The position numbers were made by a program, and so were the translations under genes. The notes under the pieces were generated by a model. That model saw only the letters and a program-made list of their open reading frames with translations, was not told the origin of the DNA and searched no databases. 64,000 nt of DNA, from the NCBI GenBank assembly GCA_036172245.1, contig JAYWIR010000009.1, positions 2,728,001 to 2,792,000 on the forward strand, in the 5' to 3' direction. This document shows, one piece after another, positions 62,306 through 64,000 of this stretch. The number at the start of each line of letters is the position of its first letter. The stretch's first letter is position 1. The stretch is from Raillietiella orientalis (taxonomy: Eukaryota).

Positions 62306-63260
62306 CGGGAAGACTACCTGGGCACAGAACATCTCACTCGCAGCCACTCTCAGCTCAATCCAGCAGAAAGAAAACAGCGATGGCCTCGCAGCATGGGAGA
62401 TATCCTGCGAGACTGCGGGAAAGAAGAAGCAGCTGGGATGCTGCACGGTGGATCAACTTACTGCCCTCCTCACAGGGATTCTTCACTGGGAAGAGCTCCT
62501 GGACATTCCTACTAAAGAGGCAGAAATCCCCTCACTGTTTATGGAGATTCCACGCTTCCTCTGAAGTGGCAGGAGTCGGAAATTGCACTGGGCGATCCCA
62601 TGCAACGCACGAGTCCACCACTGGACTCGGGGGAGTGTATCCCTGGACTGTGCCCGGTGCGGGGATCGGGAAACCTTCCCCACCTGCTACTTCGTTCCCC
62701 TCTTGAGTGTTCGGGGCGCTTCGCTGCGGTCCTCCCACTCCCGATGGGCAACGACAGAGTGGTCTTGCGGCGCCTCTTCGCGCGCGACTCCATGTCGCCT
62801 GCAGCTCCTCTCTCAGCTCTGTGCACTGTGGCATTGGTGTCGGCAGCGAGAAACCGCTCCGAAAGAGTCCAGTCGAATGGTAACGTGATCGCAATCGTCT
62901 GTTCTTTCGTGAGGGAGGCGGCAGGATGGCCACGCCTCTGCCAACAGAAGGAGGAGGAAGTTGCCAACATCCTCCATAGGATGCTGAGGACCTTGCCAGG
63001 AAGAAATCTGCGATCCCTTCCCTCCCCCCTCAAACATTTTTAAACTGAATTTTCGTGTTGTTTTGTTGACCCCTTTCCCCAATCCTCCTGTGGGGACCTC
63101 GTTTGGGAACTGCTCACGAGAAGCAGCTCCTCCCAAACGGCATTTCCCTTCGTCGTGGTCGTGTGAAACCACTACGAAAGGAGACATTTTTATATATAAT
63201 GTGACCATTTTCTTTTCTACATATTTTTACAATGAACGCCTCGGCGTGATCGGGCGGAAA
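62306..63260 (+). mobile_element. 5'-truncated LINE copy
   Basis: HWAIPCNARVHHWTRGSVSLDCARCGDRE and GWPRLCQQKEEEVANILHRM, with terminal motif aatgaacgcctcggcgtgatcgggcggaaa. Possible eroded TSD taaagtgaagcacgctgca / taacgtgaaacgtcctgca. Confidence 0.8.
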
Positions 63261-63524
63261 TAACGTGAAACGTCCTGCAGCATGGAGCTGTTCTCCTGTT
63301 GTGATGCCAATGGTTATGGTTATTAAAGTGAAGCAGGTTTGCATGTGGATGGATGCATGCTGTGGGTCTTCGTGTGTCCATGGCAGCAACGCCGAAAATT
63401 CTGTCTACTGTTCTCGTGATTTCCCCCCCCCCCCTTGTTGAGTGCAAGGATTTGGGATACGATACCGAATTTCGGAGGAAACAAAATGAATCTTAATGTT
63501 GAAAAAAAATAGAATAAAAGTGTT

Positions 63525-64000
63525 GGGTGTCAGGACAGCAGGCCATGGCAGTTGGAATTCTCCAAAGAGGATACAACGACTCCCTTGACGAAACGACCGG
63601 CCTCGGAGCTGGACATCACACGAACGTAGGGAACCAACATCCAGCAACCGGTACACAGCCGTTCCTGCCTCCCGGCGGAGATCGAACAACCACAGGTTCC
63701 TCCGGCCGCGAGGAGTAGGAAGATCGCGATGACTCCCTCAGAAGGGATTGGGCATGAACCCAACTCGGAGCGCCATCGGCGAACATCTTGTAGGTGGTAG
63801 CAACTTGTCCCCGTGCGAGTCGGAGGGTGTCTGCTGCAGAGGAGTGGTCCATGAGGACGGTTTAGCTGTTTGATCACAGTTTAGCAGATCATACATTCCC
63901 AGAGCAAGCCGGAGTCTGTCCTTCCTCCTCGATGCACTCAATTCTGAAGGCTGAAAAAACCGTAGTAGCATGAAGGCACCCATTCTCTCTCCGGGAAATC
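63525..64000 (-). mobile_element. Dispersed repeat, probable LINE ORF1-region fragment (may run off the window)
   Basis: 63530-63710 is homologous to 17895-18068. LRREAGTAVYRLLDVGSLRS resembles segments at ~46480 and ~28540. Confidence 0.45.

Noticed and set aside
63525..63852. RNase H-like reading (YKMFADGA...VVVRSPPG)
   Set aside because: Comparison with the 17.9 kb copy and other fragments favours a different frame (YRLLDV). The catalytic residues cannot be completed.
1..64000. CRISPR array, tRNA/rRNA, prokaryotic operon or defence system
   Set aside because: No regularly spaced repeats, no RNA-gene signatures and no dense intact ORFs were seen. The content is plant-like pseudogene and TE sequence.

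Overview
Eukaryotic, almost certainly land-plant, nuclear DNA with roughly balanced GC. I found no intact protein-coding gene, RNA gene or CRISPR array, and most ORFs in the track are pseudogene remnants or chance ORFs. The window is a patchwork of about 30 heavily decayed 0.3-3 kb gene fragments in frequently switching orientation. Most derive from plant LRR receptor-like kinase (LRR-RLK) ectodomains and RLK/Pelle kinase domains, with one GH17 beta-1,3-glucanase-like and one PPR-like remnant. Inserted among them are about nine 5'-truncated copies of an L1-clade-like non-LTR retrotransposon. These carry an ORF2 C-terminal CCHC region, a structured 3' UTR, a conserved terminal cGNRA hairpin, no long poly(A), and in several cases clear target-site duplications (TSDs). 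Several ORF1-like fragments are also present. One dead kinase fragment occurs as a near-identical inverted duplicate 40 kb apart. All calls come from motif reading by eye, so pseudogene boundaries are approximate.
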